From NCBI GenBank assembly GCA_043816005.1, contig JBDRIM010000018.1:1-47845 (forward strand): a DNA stretch of 47,845 bases, in the 5' to 3' direction. The notes beneath the pieces were generated by a model that was given only the letters and a program-made list of their open reading frames with translations, did no database searches and was not told the DNA's origin. Below, one piece after another: positions 28,949-38,874 of this stretch; within the stretch, counting starts at the first letter, position 1; each line of letters begins with the position of its first letter. The position numbers and the translations under genes are program-made. The stretch comes from Candidatus Micrarchaeota archaeon (GTDB lineage Archaea > Micrarchaeota > Micrarchaeia > Anstonellales > Bilamarchaeaceae).

Positions 28949-31900
28949 TCTTCTGGTTTCATAGATGGCAATTCCTTCAATTCTTTTGGTTTTTGTGGTT
29001 GCATCATATAATAACCTGCCCCCGCCAGGATGGCAAGAGCAGTAACTCCAAGTAAAAGAAGATTATTTGGTGCGATTTTACCAGAATCAACTTCCTTCAA
29101 AATTGTGCTTCCAGTTCGAAGTGCATTTACATAATCACCATTGTCAATCATATCGCGCATTGTTTGGGCTTTGGCGGATAGGTCGGCAATTTTAGAATTG
29201 TCTAATTGGCCGTTGTTTATTAGGTCACTTACAAGTGAGAATTTGGTTTCACTCTCATATTTTAATGAATCCATAATATTTTCGATTTTCTCTTTAGAGG
29301 TGTTTATCTCTTTCAATTTATTAAAAAAAGACCCTCCATCTTTATTGACAAGATTCTCTGCATCGGTAATGAGTTTGTTCAATTTCGTACTACTTTCAGT
29401 AAAAATACTACTGTAATCAGTTCCTTTTGCAGCGGATGCCTGTTTATTATATTTATCTAAAAGATCAAAAATTTCTGATTTTATTGATTCGAATGAGATT
29501 GCTAGATTAGATTGAGACAGTGTGATAACCCGTTCCTGATTTTCAACTAAAATTTTGATTTGGTCGAGTGTTTTGGAAACATTAGCCAGATATTCCGGCT
29601 TGCCTGTGGTTTCAAGTTTATTTAGAGCATTTTCTAATATGAGAAATTGTTCTGGATTCGAAGTGTTTCCTGTTGAATAAAATCTTTCTTTTAGGTTATT
29701 ATATTGTTTGTATACTTCTTTTTTGAAGGCAGTTATTTCTTTTGGAAGCCAATTAAAATCAAAGTTTTCGAGTTCGTTTATTTTTTGATCAATGGTTGAA
29801 TTTTCAGTAAGAACTTTTTCCAATTCTGTTTTTCTTGTTGCTAGTTTGTCAATAATTTCCGAAGATTCTCCAGTTTCTAATAAACTGGCAATTGATTCGA
29901 TTTCATTATTTGCTTTTGCACTAAGCGTTTCATATTTAGTTTCAAGTTTTGTTTGTTGTTTTTCATAATCTGAGGACGCTGCCTTGTCTTCTTCAATATA
30001 TTCAAGTGCTTCATCATAATTGCCTAAAGATGCCTGATATTCCGCTTCTTCCAGAAAGTCGTTGGCTTCTTCACTGTCAGATTGAAGTTGTCCAATTTGA
30101 TCTGCCACAAACGAAACTGGATCATCTACAAAATAGCTTACGGCAACAATAATTGGAACATCTTTCTTAACATTTGAAAGGACAATAGCGAACTGACTCT
30201 CGGAAATTTGTTTCTTTTCCTTAAGTCCTGCACCAGAGATAACAACATTAAAAGATGAAATACGAGAATCGTTTTCGCTATTGAGAAAGATAGGTAATGT
30301 AGCCAAATCAAATTCAGAAAAAATAGACACTTCGTATTCTATTTTGGTTTTGCTATCAAATCGAGTTGTTCTGATGTTGTTGACTTCTTCCTCATAACCA
30401 TAAGTTGTCATTTCTGAAGTAAAAATATGTCTCCCTGGAGAGAGAAAACCAGATTGGATAGAGCCATCAACAATACCATCATTTGGAAATTCGATCCTTG
30501 GAACAGAACAATCCAGTTCGAAAGTAATTTTATCGAAGATATTTACCAAACCACCGCCCATTGCTTCAACTTTTCTCTCACTGGAAATAGTGTGTGCAAC
30601 TACCATGGATTTTTCAAGAGTGATGCGTTTGACATCATTTGGTTTTACACTTTTCAAGATAAAAATTACCAGACCATCATCGATGAACATACCCTTAACT
30701 TCATCTTTACCTCGAGTGATATCAGAATAAAGAAATGGAAGTTCTGAACCAATATACACTGGAACTTCAACATTCGAAGTGCTATATGGCCCATTTACTA
30801 AAACCACATCAAGAATGAGTTCTGTTGGTTGGTCCAACAAAACAACTCCAAAAATTGGAGAAGCTGAAGTAGCCATTGAATTACCGACTATCTGCCAAAT
30901 ATATTTGTCCAGTTCCTTTTCAACAGAAAGATAATTTGTTTTTAATTTTTTTAATGAACCAATTCCTTTGAGAAAATTGATTTCTTCATCTTCGATTATC
31001 CCATTTTCATATTTATTCATGGTTAAGAGAAGATCTTCCGTGCCAGAAAGTCTTATTTTATCGTAAATTCGTTCTCTTGTTGTAAGTAAATCAGATTCAT
31101 ATTGTATTCTGGCTTTCACAATAATATTATTGATAGTAGTTTGTACCAATTGATCTGTATTATAGGAAGAAAGTGAAGCTAACAAAATCAACGTTTCTTT
31201 TTCATCAATCACAGTAATATCATCCTGTTCTGCTCTATAGATTAAATCTCGTAATTTAGCAATGGATGCTTTACGATTTGCTTCTTCTTGTACACTACCA
31301 CTTTCTCTTGCAGACCGAGCAAATGCTGCAGCTTTTGAATATGCTACAAATACGGTGCCAAGTATAGTTGCATGGTCGCCCTCGTTTAGTTTCTTTCTTG
31401 CAGATTCATAGAAAGAAAGTGCATCTGAACTGGGCGGATGAGTAAAAAAATATTTTTCAGTTGCAGTGATTTCTTGTTCTGCTTCGGATTTCTGTAGTCT
31501 AACAGCAGATTTTGCATCTTCTTCCAAAATTTGTGCTTTTGTTAAAATACCCAGATATTCCGAATCAATTTTTGTAAGAATTAGAATGGATGTAGCAAGA
31601 TAGCTTTGTTTTGTTACGTATCCGTGTTCTATTTGGGCGTAGGAATAAAGATCTGCAAATATATTTGTTTGTTTTTCTAGATCTACTAAGCGTTCGTCTA
31701 TTGAGCCAAATTTACCAAGGCCAAAATCCATTACCCCACTTGTGATTAGATGTAAATTTTGATTTTTCAATTTTACAAGAATTGACTCTGCTTCAGATTT
31801 CTGCATCCCTGCACTTTTCAATCGAAATTGGTACTCATTTTCTGCATCAAGAATGGCTCCATCAGATAATTGTTTGATTTTTGCAAATGAATCTATAATC

Positions 31901-32601
31901 CCACCGTCTTCCCAAACCAACCTAAGAGTAGAACCAAATGGATTGAGATTTGGAATTGGACTAGATAATTCCTTTCGGATTGTTTCGGTGTATTCATCAA
32001 AAAGTGCGTATTTCCCATAATTACCTTCCGGAAGATTATTATCTATAGTAACAAAAACAGTCTTCACTTCATTACAGCTTGTACTTCCAGGACCAGTATA
32101 GTTTTGATCACATAACCCCATAAATTTTATTTTTTCATATGATTCGCGTGTTGAGTAAAGAGAGATTTTAGCTTCTTTTTCGCTTTCTTCAAGTGCTAAT
32201 AGAGAATAATCAACTGATTTTATCCAATCTCGTTTGTAGTTGCGACAACTGGATGAGTTTGCAAATGCCACGATAAATGTTTGAGTAGGTGCGAATGTAC
32301 CCACTGCAGTGATGATGTGTAGGATACACATAGAGATATCAGATTTGCTCTTATCGCCATACTGACCAGATTTATCAATATATTCTTGGACATGTGAGGG
32401 TAGATTTAAACCATAAAGCTGTTCTGGCTCGAGTGTAGAGATTGTTTTATCAAATTCGGGTAAATTCCACCAATATTCTATCCCATATGTCCAAATGTTT
32501 GGATTTGTAACTACCCAGGTTTTATTTAGCCATGGGCGTTGGAAAGTTGCTGAAGAGATTGTAACCAAAATTAAAACAGATAAAATTAGTATTTTTCTCA
32601 T
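28945..32601 (-). CDS. Large (1218 aa) secreted, C-terminally anchored coiled-coil surface protein of unknown function
   Basis: N-terminal signal peptide (MRKILILSVLILVTISSA), long E/K/L-rich helical tracts around a central beta-rich region, single C-terminal TM helix (LLLLGVTALAILAGAGYYMM) with a short charged tail. Confidence 0.7.
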   Translation of the reverse strand: MRKILILSVLILVTISSATFQRPWLNKTWVVTNPNIWTYGIEYWWNLPEFDKTISTLEPEQLYGLNLPSHVQEYIDKSGQYGDKSKSDISMCILHIITAVGTFAPTQTFIVAFANSSSCRNYKRDWIKSVDYSLLALEESEKEAKISLYSTRESYEKIKFMGLCDQNYTGPGSTSCNEVKTVFVTIDNNLPEGNYGKYALFDEYTETIRKELSSPIPNLNPFGSTLRLVWEDGGIIDSFAKIKQLSDGAILDAENEYQFRLKSAGMQKSEAESILVKLKNQNLHLITSGVMDFGLGKFGSIDERLVDLEKQTNIFADLYSYAQIEHGYVTKQSYLATSILILTKIDSEYLGILTKAQILEEDAKSAVRLQKSEAEQEITATEKYFFTHPPSSDALSFYESARKKLNEGDHATILGTVFVAYSKAAAFARSARESGSVQEEANRKASIAKLRDLIYRAEQDDITVIDEKETLILLASLSSYNTDQLVQTTINNIIVKARIQYESDLLTTRERIYDKIRLSGTEDLLLTMNKYENGIIEDEEINFLKGIGSLKKLKTNYLSVEKELDKYIWQIVGNSMATSASPIFGVVLLDQPTELILDVVLVNGPYSTSNVEVPVYIGSELPFLYSDITRGKDEVKGMFIDDGLVIFILKSVKPNDVKRITLEKSMVVAHTISSERKVEAMGGGLVNIFDKITFELDCSVPRIEFPNDGIVDGSIQSGFLSPGRHIFTSEMTTYGYEEEVNNIRTTRFDSKTKIEYEVSIFSEFDLATLPIFLNSENDSRISSFNVVISGAGLKEKKQISESQFAIVLSNVKKDVPIIVAVSYFVDDPVSFVADQIGQLQSDSEEANDFLEEAEYQASLGNYDEALEYIEEDKAASSDYEKQQTKLETKYETLSAKANNEIESIASLLETGESSEIIDKLATRKTELEKVLTENSTIDQKINELENFDFNWLPKEITAFKKEVYKQYNNLKERFYSTGNTSNPEQFLILENALNKLETTGKPEYLANVSKTLDQIKILVENQERVITLSQSNLAISFESIKSEIFDLLDKYNKQASAAKGTDYSSIFTESSTKLNKLITDAENLVNKDGGSFFNKLKEINTSKEKIENIMDSLKYESETKFSLVSDLINNGQLDNSKIADLSAKAQTMRDMIDNGDYVNALRTGSTILKEVDSGKIAPNNLLLLGVTALAILAGAGYYMMQPQKPKELKELPSMKPED

Positions 32602-32742
32602 TTATCCCCCTCGTCCGAATACAGAATGGATAGTATTTATTTTTTCTGTAAAAAGCAGTGTGAGAATACACAATTATTACCATCAAAAAATAGAATTATG
32701 CACAATCACAGTGAATATAAAATTTCACTAGGTAAGGTGACT

Positions 32743-33252
32743 ATGAAAATTTTTCTTTTACTAGTTATCGGACTAATGATTCTGGGATGTACAACTCAAC
32801 AAACACCAGTACAATCTATAGGTGAACCACAAACACCCCTGGGACAAACAGAATATGTAAACACAAGTGGGCTTTCGTTCGAGAGGCCAGCAGGGGATGT
32901 TCTTACTGAAAATTTAACATTTGAGAAACGACCGGAGTTTAATTTTACAAATACTAGAACTAATGATGGGAAATTGATAGTATATTACTTTTATTTACCG
33001 GGATGTCCATCTTGCATAGCAATAAAACCAGAAATAGATAGGATGGAAGAAAATTATCCAGAAGTTTATTTCATTAGATATAATCTTGCAACAATAAATG
33101 GAAGTTGGGCATATAAAGATTTCTCAGATCAGTTTGGACTTAACAAATCTCAAATGTATGTACCTCAAGTACTCGTAAATAAAACGATAATAACAGATCG
33201 GTTCAATATCAATGATAGTTTAGAAAAAATATTGATTGGATTTGGTGGGTAA
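32743..33252 (+). CDS. Thioredoxin-fold lipoprotein
   Basis: Lipobox-type signal MKIFLLLVIGLMILGC, CPSC redox motif, VP cis-Pro-like motif; GGTGA RBS before ATG 32743. Confidence 0.75.
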   Translation: MKIFLLLVIGLMILGCTTQQTPVQSIGEPQTPLGQTEYVNTSGLSFERPAGDVLTENLTFEKRPEFNFTNTRTNDGKLIVYYFYLPGCPSCIAIKPEIDRMEENYPEVYFIRYNLATINGSWAYKDFSDQFGLNKSQMYVPQVLVNKTIITDRFNINDSLEKILIGFGG

Positions 33253-33837
33253 ATGCCATTAGCAGATATGAGAACAACCATACCAAGCAGAACAGATCTG
33301 ATAAAACTAGAACCATCAGATATTCTTAAACTTCCGTTAAATGATCAGCAAAAAGAGGACATTACCAGCGTACTAGGCATACAATATACCCCAGGTGGAG
33401 AGACAAGACAGGATGGATTTGATTGTTCTGGTCTGGTATATTGGATGTGTAGTTGTCCAATCGAAAAACGAGATATACCAGGTACGCGAGCAAGTGCCAC
33501 CATGATTTATAACTGGGCAATAAAAGATGGCAAAATGCGATTAACAGATAACAAAAAAGCAGTTGAAAAAAAATGCCCAGTTGTCTTGGCAATCGATAAA
33601 ATAACTCCAACATCAGATATTGCCCATACTGTATTGGTTTATGGAACAGTTATGAGAGATAATCAAAAATATTATGTTGTTGTACAGGCAGGACAAGCAC
33701 ATGGAATTGGAAACAATGATAGCACAGTTTCAGCTTACCTTGTTGCTGAAAAACGCTTCTTTAAAACATATGGGGACTTTGTGACTTATTATCCAAGAAG
33801 AAAGAAAATTCCTACAGCTGTGGCAATTAGACCGTGA
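33253..33837 (+). CDS. NlpC/P60-family cysteine hydrolase
   Basis: LGIQYTPGG...GFDCSGLVYW with the catalytic Cys and downstream His in AHTVLVYG. Confidence 0.78.
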   Translation: MPLADMRTTIPSRTDLIKLEPSDILKLPLNDQQKEDITSVLGIQYTPGGETRQDGFDCSGLVYWMCSCPIEKRDIPGTRASATMIYNWAIKDGKMRLTDNKKAVEKKCPVVLAIDKITPTSDIAHTVLVYGTVMRDNQKYYVVVQAGQAHGIGNNDSTVSAYLVAEKRFFKTYGDFVTYYPRRKKIPTAVAIRP

Positions 33838-33847
33838 GTGATTAAAA

Positions 33848-34879
33848 ATGAAGATAGTTCATTTTGATAAAAAATTCGGAATAATGAAAATCAAAGTAGA
33901 TACGTTAGATGATCTCTGGCATCTTGATAAAGTTTTGGCTTCTGGTGATGAAGTTGAGGCCCATTCATTTAGAACATATAAAGTTGGAACAAAAGAAGAG
34001 AAAAAATCAGTGACAATAAAGGTCAAGACAGAAAGAGTTGAATTTGCAAAATCTGCCAACAGATTGCGTATTCTTGGACCGATAGTTTGGGGAGAACCTG
34101 AAGAGTATATTCAAATCGGCAAATACCATAGCATAGATGTTGGACAGGGTGACATAGTAAAAGTTATCAAACAGTGGAAAAATCATGAAGTAAAAAGGCT
34201 TGAAGATGCGGTAAAAGAATCGAAAAAGCCAAAAATAAGGATAATTGTTCTTGATGAAGAAAAAGCACTAAATGCAATATTACGATCTTTTGGAGTAGAA
34301 TATGGGGCTGAATTTTATAGTTCAGGAAGCAAACGCGATGAAAACTATACTAAAACACAAGGCGAATATTTTGGAAAAATAATGGCAGAAATTGAGCGAC
34401 ATGGGGAGAAATATATTGTTGCTGGGCCAGGTTTCACAAAAGAGAATCTAAAAAAATTCATAGAAAAGAAAAAACCAGAGCTACTAAAAAAAATAACTTT
34501 TGAAAGTGTTAGTTATGCAGAAAGAAGTGGGGTTAATGAACTTTTCAATAGAGGAGCCATTGAAAAAATAATGGGCGAAGAAAGATTTGAAAAAGAAATG
34601 AAATTAATTGAAGAGCTCATGGTAGATATTCATAAAGATAATGAAAAAGCAGTGTATGGGATAAAAGAAGTAAAAAAAGCAGCTGAAGCATTTGCAATAA
34701 AAAAACTCCTTGTTCTTGATGACTATCTAAGAAAAGATGCTGAAGCCGAAATGGTTGTCGATCTTGCTGATAAAAATAAAGCTGAAATAGTCATATTTTC
34801 ATCTGAAGGAGATGCTGGAGTAAAATTAAAAGGGATTGGAAAGATTGCAGCATTGTTAAAATTCAAATTGATTATATGA
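33848..34879 (+). CDS. pelA: mRNA surveillance protein pelota (archaeal Dom34)
   Basis: DTLDDLWHL, RLRILG, YHSID, VAGPGF.K, AVYG..EV..A, IAALLKF; three-domain eRF1-like length. Confidence 0.92.
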   Translation: MKIVHFDKKFGIMKIKVDTLDDLWHLDKVLASGDEVEAHSFRTYKVGTKEEKKSVTIKVKTERVEFAKSANRLRILGPIVWGEPEEYIQIGKYHSIDVGQGDIVKVIKQWKNHEVKRLEDAVKESKKPKIRIIVLDEEKALNAILRSFGVEYGAEFYSSGSKRDENYTKTQGEYFGKIMAEIERHGEKYIVAGPGFTKENLKKFIEKKKPELLKKITFESVSYAERSGVNELFNRGAIEKIMGEERFEKEMKLIEELMVDIHKDNEKAVYGIKEVKKAAEAFAIKKLLVLDDYLRKDAEAEMVVDLADKNKAEIVIFSSEGDAGVKLKGIGKIAALLKFKLII

Positions 34880-34932
34880 CATGGGTGCCAGAGGTTCGGT
34901 CAATCACGAACCAACGGTGAGTGTAACTAAAA

Positions 34933-35691
34933 CTACTTTCCTAATTCTTTTGCTTTTACAGTAGCAAATGTAATTGCATCGTGAATTGACTTGTCTGTAC
35001 CTTTTTCACTAAGTTGTTTCAAACCTTCTTCAGTTGTACCACCAGGGCTTGCAACAGTTTCAATAATTTTTTTGGTTGACCAGCCACTTTTTATCAGTGC
35101 TCCAGTACCAACAAGATTTTGGGCAACAACTAGTTCAGCATCTTCCTCAGAAAGACCATGTGAAATTGCACCATTTATCATAGCTTGCGCAAAATATGCT
35201 AGAAATGCAGGACCTGAACCTGAAACAGCAGTTATTGGATCAATATGATTTTCATCAACTTTAAGGCACATTCCCAAGGCACCAAAAGCAGTTAAAAATA
35301 CTTTTTCTTTTCTTTCAGTTTCTTTGCGCATAGTGTATGCAATAACAGCTTGATCAACCTCTGCACAGATATTTGGCATTATTCTGATTACGTTTTTTGC
35401 CCCCCACCCTTCTAGTTTCTTTAATGATACACCTGCTGCGCATGAAACAATTAGATTTGCTTCTGGAATTTTTTTAATAACATCTTCAACTTGTGTTGGT
35501 TTTACTGAGACTACAACCAGATCAACATATTTTGTAATATTTGTATCATCTGTTGCTTTTGCACCAATATCCTCTGAAATAGAAACTAAGTGTTCAGGAT
35601 GTCGATCTAGAATAATGACCTCATGATGTTCGGATAATGCTCTTGCAATAATTGTTCCAAGTCTCCCAATTCCAATAATCGCAATTCTCAT
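34933..35691 (-). CDS. proC: Pyrroline-5-carboxylate reductase
   Basis: IIGIGRLG, VKP, SCAAG, RIMPN, TAVSGSGPAF, VASPGGTT. Confidence 0.92.
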   Translation of the reverse strand: MRIAIIGIGRLGTIIARALSEHHEVIILDRHPEHLVSISEDIGAKATDDTNITKYVDLVVVSVKPTQVEDVIKKIPEANLIVSCAAGVSLKKLEGWGAKNVIRIMPNICAEVDQAVIAYTMRKETERKEKVFLTAFGALGMCLKVDENHIDPITAVSGSGPAFLAYFAQAMINGAISHGLSEEDAELVVAQNLVGTGALIKSGWSTKKIIETVASPGGTTEEGLKQLSEKGTDKSIHDAITFATVKAKELGK

Positions 35692-35768
35692 ATTATCACC
35701 GCTGATCTGTTGCTATTAAATTAAGAACAATAAATAAAAACTGGATTTAAATCTTAGTAAAATTTTAT

Positions 35769-36668
35769 TTAGACGTCATTTGACGGAACTAACGTTGGTT
35801 GTGCATAGCCAAATAGAACGATCTTAAAGTAGATAAGCACTTTTCGAAATATGTGCACATATGCTCGCTTGGTATAAACTTCATACTCGTTTTCTTCAAT
35901 TACTTTAAGGATTTCACGATAAAGAGAAAGAGAAAGCTCAACCATAACCCTTCCATCTCTTTGAATTAAAGAAAGACCAGTAATAGCTTCTTCATAATAT
36001 TTGCGTGCTCTAGCAACTTGGAATTTAAGGAATTTTATTACATTGGAAGTTTTACGCAAAGAAAGAATATCTTGGATAACAAGACCAAACTTTGCAAGCT
36101 CGTCCTTTGGAAAATAAACTCTTCCCATGCGGGCATCTTCGCCAACATCCCGTAGTATGTTGGTCAATTGCATTGCAATGCCGAGTTTTGTTGCATATTT
36201 TTTGAACTTTTTAATATTTTCAATACCAAGAACATATGTTAGCATTAGGCCAACAACTGATGCAACTCTAAAACAGTATTTACGGAGTTCGCGGAAATTT
36301 TTATATTCTTTTTTTGTAATATCCATACTAACTCCATTGATTAGTTCTAGTGCATAGCGAATAGGGATACGGTTTTTTTTCATAACATATACAAATGGAT
36401 TCAGAATGGGGTCAGTCGAATGTCCTTTTTTGTATGCCTCCAAAAGCCGTTTTCTCCAATCAGTTATTAGAAGCAATTGTAGTTTTGGATTTCCTTCATT
36501 ATCATCAACAAGATTATCAGTATGACGACAGAACGAGTAGATGGCATGAATTGAATTGCGTCTTTCTTTACTGGTGAAGCTTGTAGCAAAATAAAATGTT
36601 TTTGAACCGGCTTTGATGCTGTTCTCAGCGTACTTAAAATCAACTTTTGGAAACCCAGTATCATTCAT
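35769..36668 (-). CDS. Phytoene/squalene synthase family protein (CrtB-like)
   Basis: SKTFYFA, IYSFCR.TDNLVD, YCFRVASVVG, LGIAMQLTNILRDVGED..MGRVY.P, RAYV. Confidence 0.88.
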   Translation of the reverse strand: MNDTGFPKVDFKYAENSIKAGSKTFYFATSFTSKERRNSIHAIYSFCRHTDNLVDDNEGNPKLQLLLITDWRKRLLEAYKKGHSTDPILNPFVYVMKKNRIPIRYALELINGVSMDITKKEYKNFRELRKYCFRVASVVGLMLTYVLGIENIKKFKKYATKLGIAMQLTNILRDVGEDARMGRVYFPKDELAKFGLVIQDILSLRKTSNVIKFLKFQVARARKYYEEAITGLSLIQRDGRVMVELSLSLYREILKVIEENEYEVYTKRAYVHIFRKVLIYFKIVLFGYAQPTLVPSNDV

Positions 36669-36778
36669 ATTTATCAAACATTAGGATTAGACAACAAAGA
36701 TTTATATCATATTTGTAAGTTTTAACTGAATTGTAGATATTTAACTATTTCTGTATAATAGATAAAAAGGTGGAATAG

Positions 36779-37648
36779 ATGGTATTAAGATCAAGAGAAG
36801 ATGAAAAATTTGATAAGGCGCAGGCATGGTATGGCAGACATCCTGAGGTAAGCATACCAGATTTGCAAAAGGTTCTTGTTGCTTTGAAATATTTAGATCG
36901 AGGACATGCTACTGGGCAATTTAACAGAGAAACATATGAAGCAGTAAAAACAGCTCAAATTGAATATAATAAAGGGAGAAAAAGAGGGAAATTGGTCGAA
37001 GATGGAATGTATGGGAACAATACTTCAAGGGCAATCATGGCCAACTCATTCGTTAGTAATGATGTCCCTGAACCAACACTTGTGGCATTAACACAATCAG
37101 AACAGAAAATAGTACCAAGAAGAGTAGAACGAATTGACTCAACATCACGTGAGAACCGAAGACGTGGGGAATTGGCTGCGGCAGCAAGAATGGAACCTGG
37201 AACAAAAGGACCTGAGGTACTTACACCAGAAGCATATAAAGCTAGATTAACAAGAATTGTTGAAAGGGGATATGACATCATGGGGGTGCAGAAAGAAAGT
37301 GATAACGAATATGTAGTAACAATTGCACTTGATGCACGCAAAAGGGAGATGTTGGAAGTAACAATATTATCAGAAACCCCCATCTCTGCAGTGGATATGA
37401 AACAAACTGTTTTGGACCTTATAGAAAATGATGGCGCTATGGAAGACAGAAGAATAGAAAAAGTGTGGGTACTAGAAAGAGCACGTGGAGTTGACAGAGA
37501 AACAGAACTTTATTCATACAGCCCACGAAATAGAAGAACAAACCTTACTGCATTTAGATCAGAAACAGGAGAAAAATTGATTGGCCCGGGTAGAACGTAT
37601 CTGGCTTATGTAGGAGATTACCTGGAAAAATATGATAAAAAATCATAA
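36779..37648 (+). CDS. Protein with N-terminal peptidoglycan-binding (PG_binding_1-like) domain and unknown C-terminal domain
   Basis: LQKVLVALKYL...TGQFNRETYEAVKTAQ...LVEDGMYGNNT matches the LQ..L...Y...G.F...T..AV..FQ...L..DG..G..T pattern. Confidence 0.68.
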   Translation: MVLRSREDEKFDKAQAWYGRHPEVSIPDLQKVLVALKYLDRGHATGQFNRETYEAVKTAQIEYNKGRKRGKLVEDGMYGNNTSRAIMANSFVSNDVPEPTLVALTQSEQKIVPRRVERIDSTSRENRRRGELAAAARMEPGTKGPEVLTPEAYKARLTRIVERGYDIMGVQKESDNEYVVTIALDARKREMLEVTILSETPISAVDMKQTVLDLIENDGAMEDRRIEKVWVLERARGVDRETELYSYSPRNRRTNLTAFRSETGEKLIGPGRTYLAYVGDYLEKYDKKS

Positions 37649-38296
37649 ATTAAATTTTTCTTTTTTTCCATTTTCAAATTCAACAAGAAGAACAGTATCA
37701 TTAACAGATATTTTACTTATTTTTGATGGAGTAGAAACAATACCAAGTGATTTCCATTTAATATTTTTTTCTTTTGGAAGAACTTGACCGATATAGACCC
37801 TGCCATCTCCAAAAACAAATGCCAGTTTTAATGGTGCAATAGAGGCGTATTTGACTAACGGGCTATTGAAAGTATATGGCCACCAAGTCCTGTTTTCAAT
37901 AGGACTGGTGAGTAAATCAGTTGCGCCTGGAAGAACAAGAAGATTACGAGTGGTTACAATTAAAGTTGCATCCGCATGACATTCTTTTCCTAGTATTGTT
38001 TCTCCAATATCCAACGATGGAAGAGTAGTTTGGCTAATTACTTGTTGGCTAGTATAATCATAAGTCACATAAAGAATATCTTCATTTCCAGGTTTAGCTT
38101 TGCCCCTACATAGACCATTTTTCCAAGTTTGAGGTGAGAAAAATCCAGGTGCTGGTGGGGTACTAATTGGGATATCACTCGATGTAGTTATTATAGTTTG
38201 TGGTTGTGGCAGTCTGTCTGTGAGCGGCCTTGACAATACAGGAACTGGGGGAGTTGTAATAGATAACATAACTGCAGTAATAGCCAATCTCCTCAT
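37643..38296 (-). CDS. Hypothetical protein, possibly secreted, with Pro/Thr-rich N-terminus and beta-rich domain
   Basis: 217-aa ORF with upstream TTTAAA box; no family recognised. Confidence 0.5.
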   Translation of the reverse strand: MRRLAITAVMLSITTPPVPVLSRPLTDRLPQPQTIITTSSDIPISTPPAPGFFSPQTWKNGLCRGKAKPGNEDILYVTYDYTSQQVISQTTLPSLDIGETILGKECHADATLIVTTRNLLVLPGATDLLTSPIENRTWWPYTFNSPLVKYASIAPLKLAFVFGDGRVYIGQVLPKEKNIKWKSLGIVSTPSKISKISVNDTVLLVEFENGKKEKFNL

Positions 38297-38387
38297 TTAA
38301 TCCACAACATGAATAAGGTTAGTAGTGTTTAAAAGCGTTTGGAAGTGGGTTAAAAAGAATTAATAATAGAATAACAGAAAGGAAGAT

Positions 38388-38873
38388 ATGAACCAAATAG
38401 TTATTAGTTTCCTGATTTTAGGATTGGTTGCGGGCGTAGTACATGCTGATATTGGCCCTGGGCCAGAGAACCCGGATATTACCGTTTATTTAGTAAAAAA
38501 CAATATATCAGAAACTAGTATTAGTGATATCACTTATCATTGTGAAATTCCTGGAAGTGGCACTTCACCTATGGACGATAGAGAAGCAATATTTCTTTGT
38601 GAGGATGGAACATGTTGGAATAATGGTGGTTGGTTCTACAAACTCAATCCATGTTTTGGTTTTGCAACTGGATATTTTTCATATGACTATAATAGTACGC
38701 AGATGAGAACGCAAACATTTACTCCGTATGTGGGTAAATCTGAATATACCTACATACTTGATGTAGAAAATGGAATAATGACCGAACAACAAAAAAATAA
38801 TGATAAAGATCCAAGTTGTTTTACAGCGTTCGTACTTCTTGGACTTGTTAGTGTTGTTGTAATAAGGAGATAA
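38388..38873 (+). CDS. Small secreted protein with C-terminal Cys-TM-basic sorting/anchor segment
   Basis: Signal peptide ending VHA-D; four Cys in the ectodomain; C-terminus SCFTAFVLLGLVSVVVIRR. Confidence 0.6.
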   Translation: MNQIVISFLILGLVAGVVHADIGPGPENPDITVYLVKNNISETSISDITYHCEIPGSGTSPMDDREAIFLCEDGTCWNNGGWFYKLNPCFGFATGYFSYDYNSTQMRTQTFTPYVGKSEYTYILDVENGIMTEQQKNNDKDPSCFTAFVLLGLVSVVVIRR

Positions 38874-38874
38874 T

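Noticed and set aside
34893..34912. tRNA fragment suggested by GGTTCG between pelA and proC
   Set aside because: Only a 6-bp hairpin (GGTTCG/CGAACC) with no cloverleaf; at most a terminator-like element between convergent genes.
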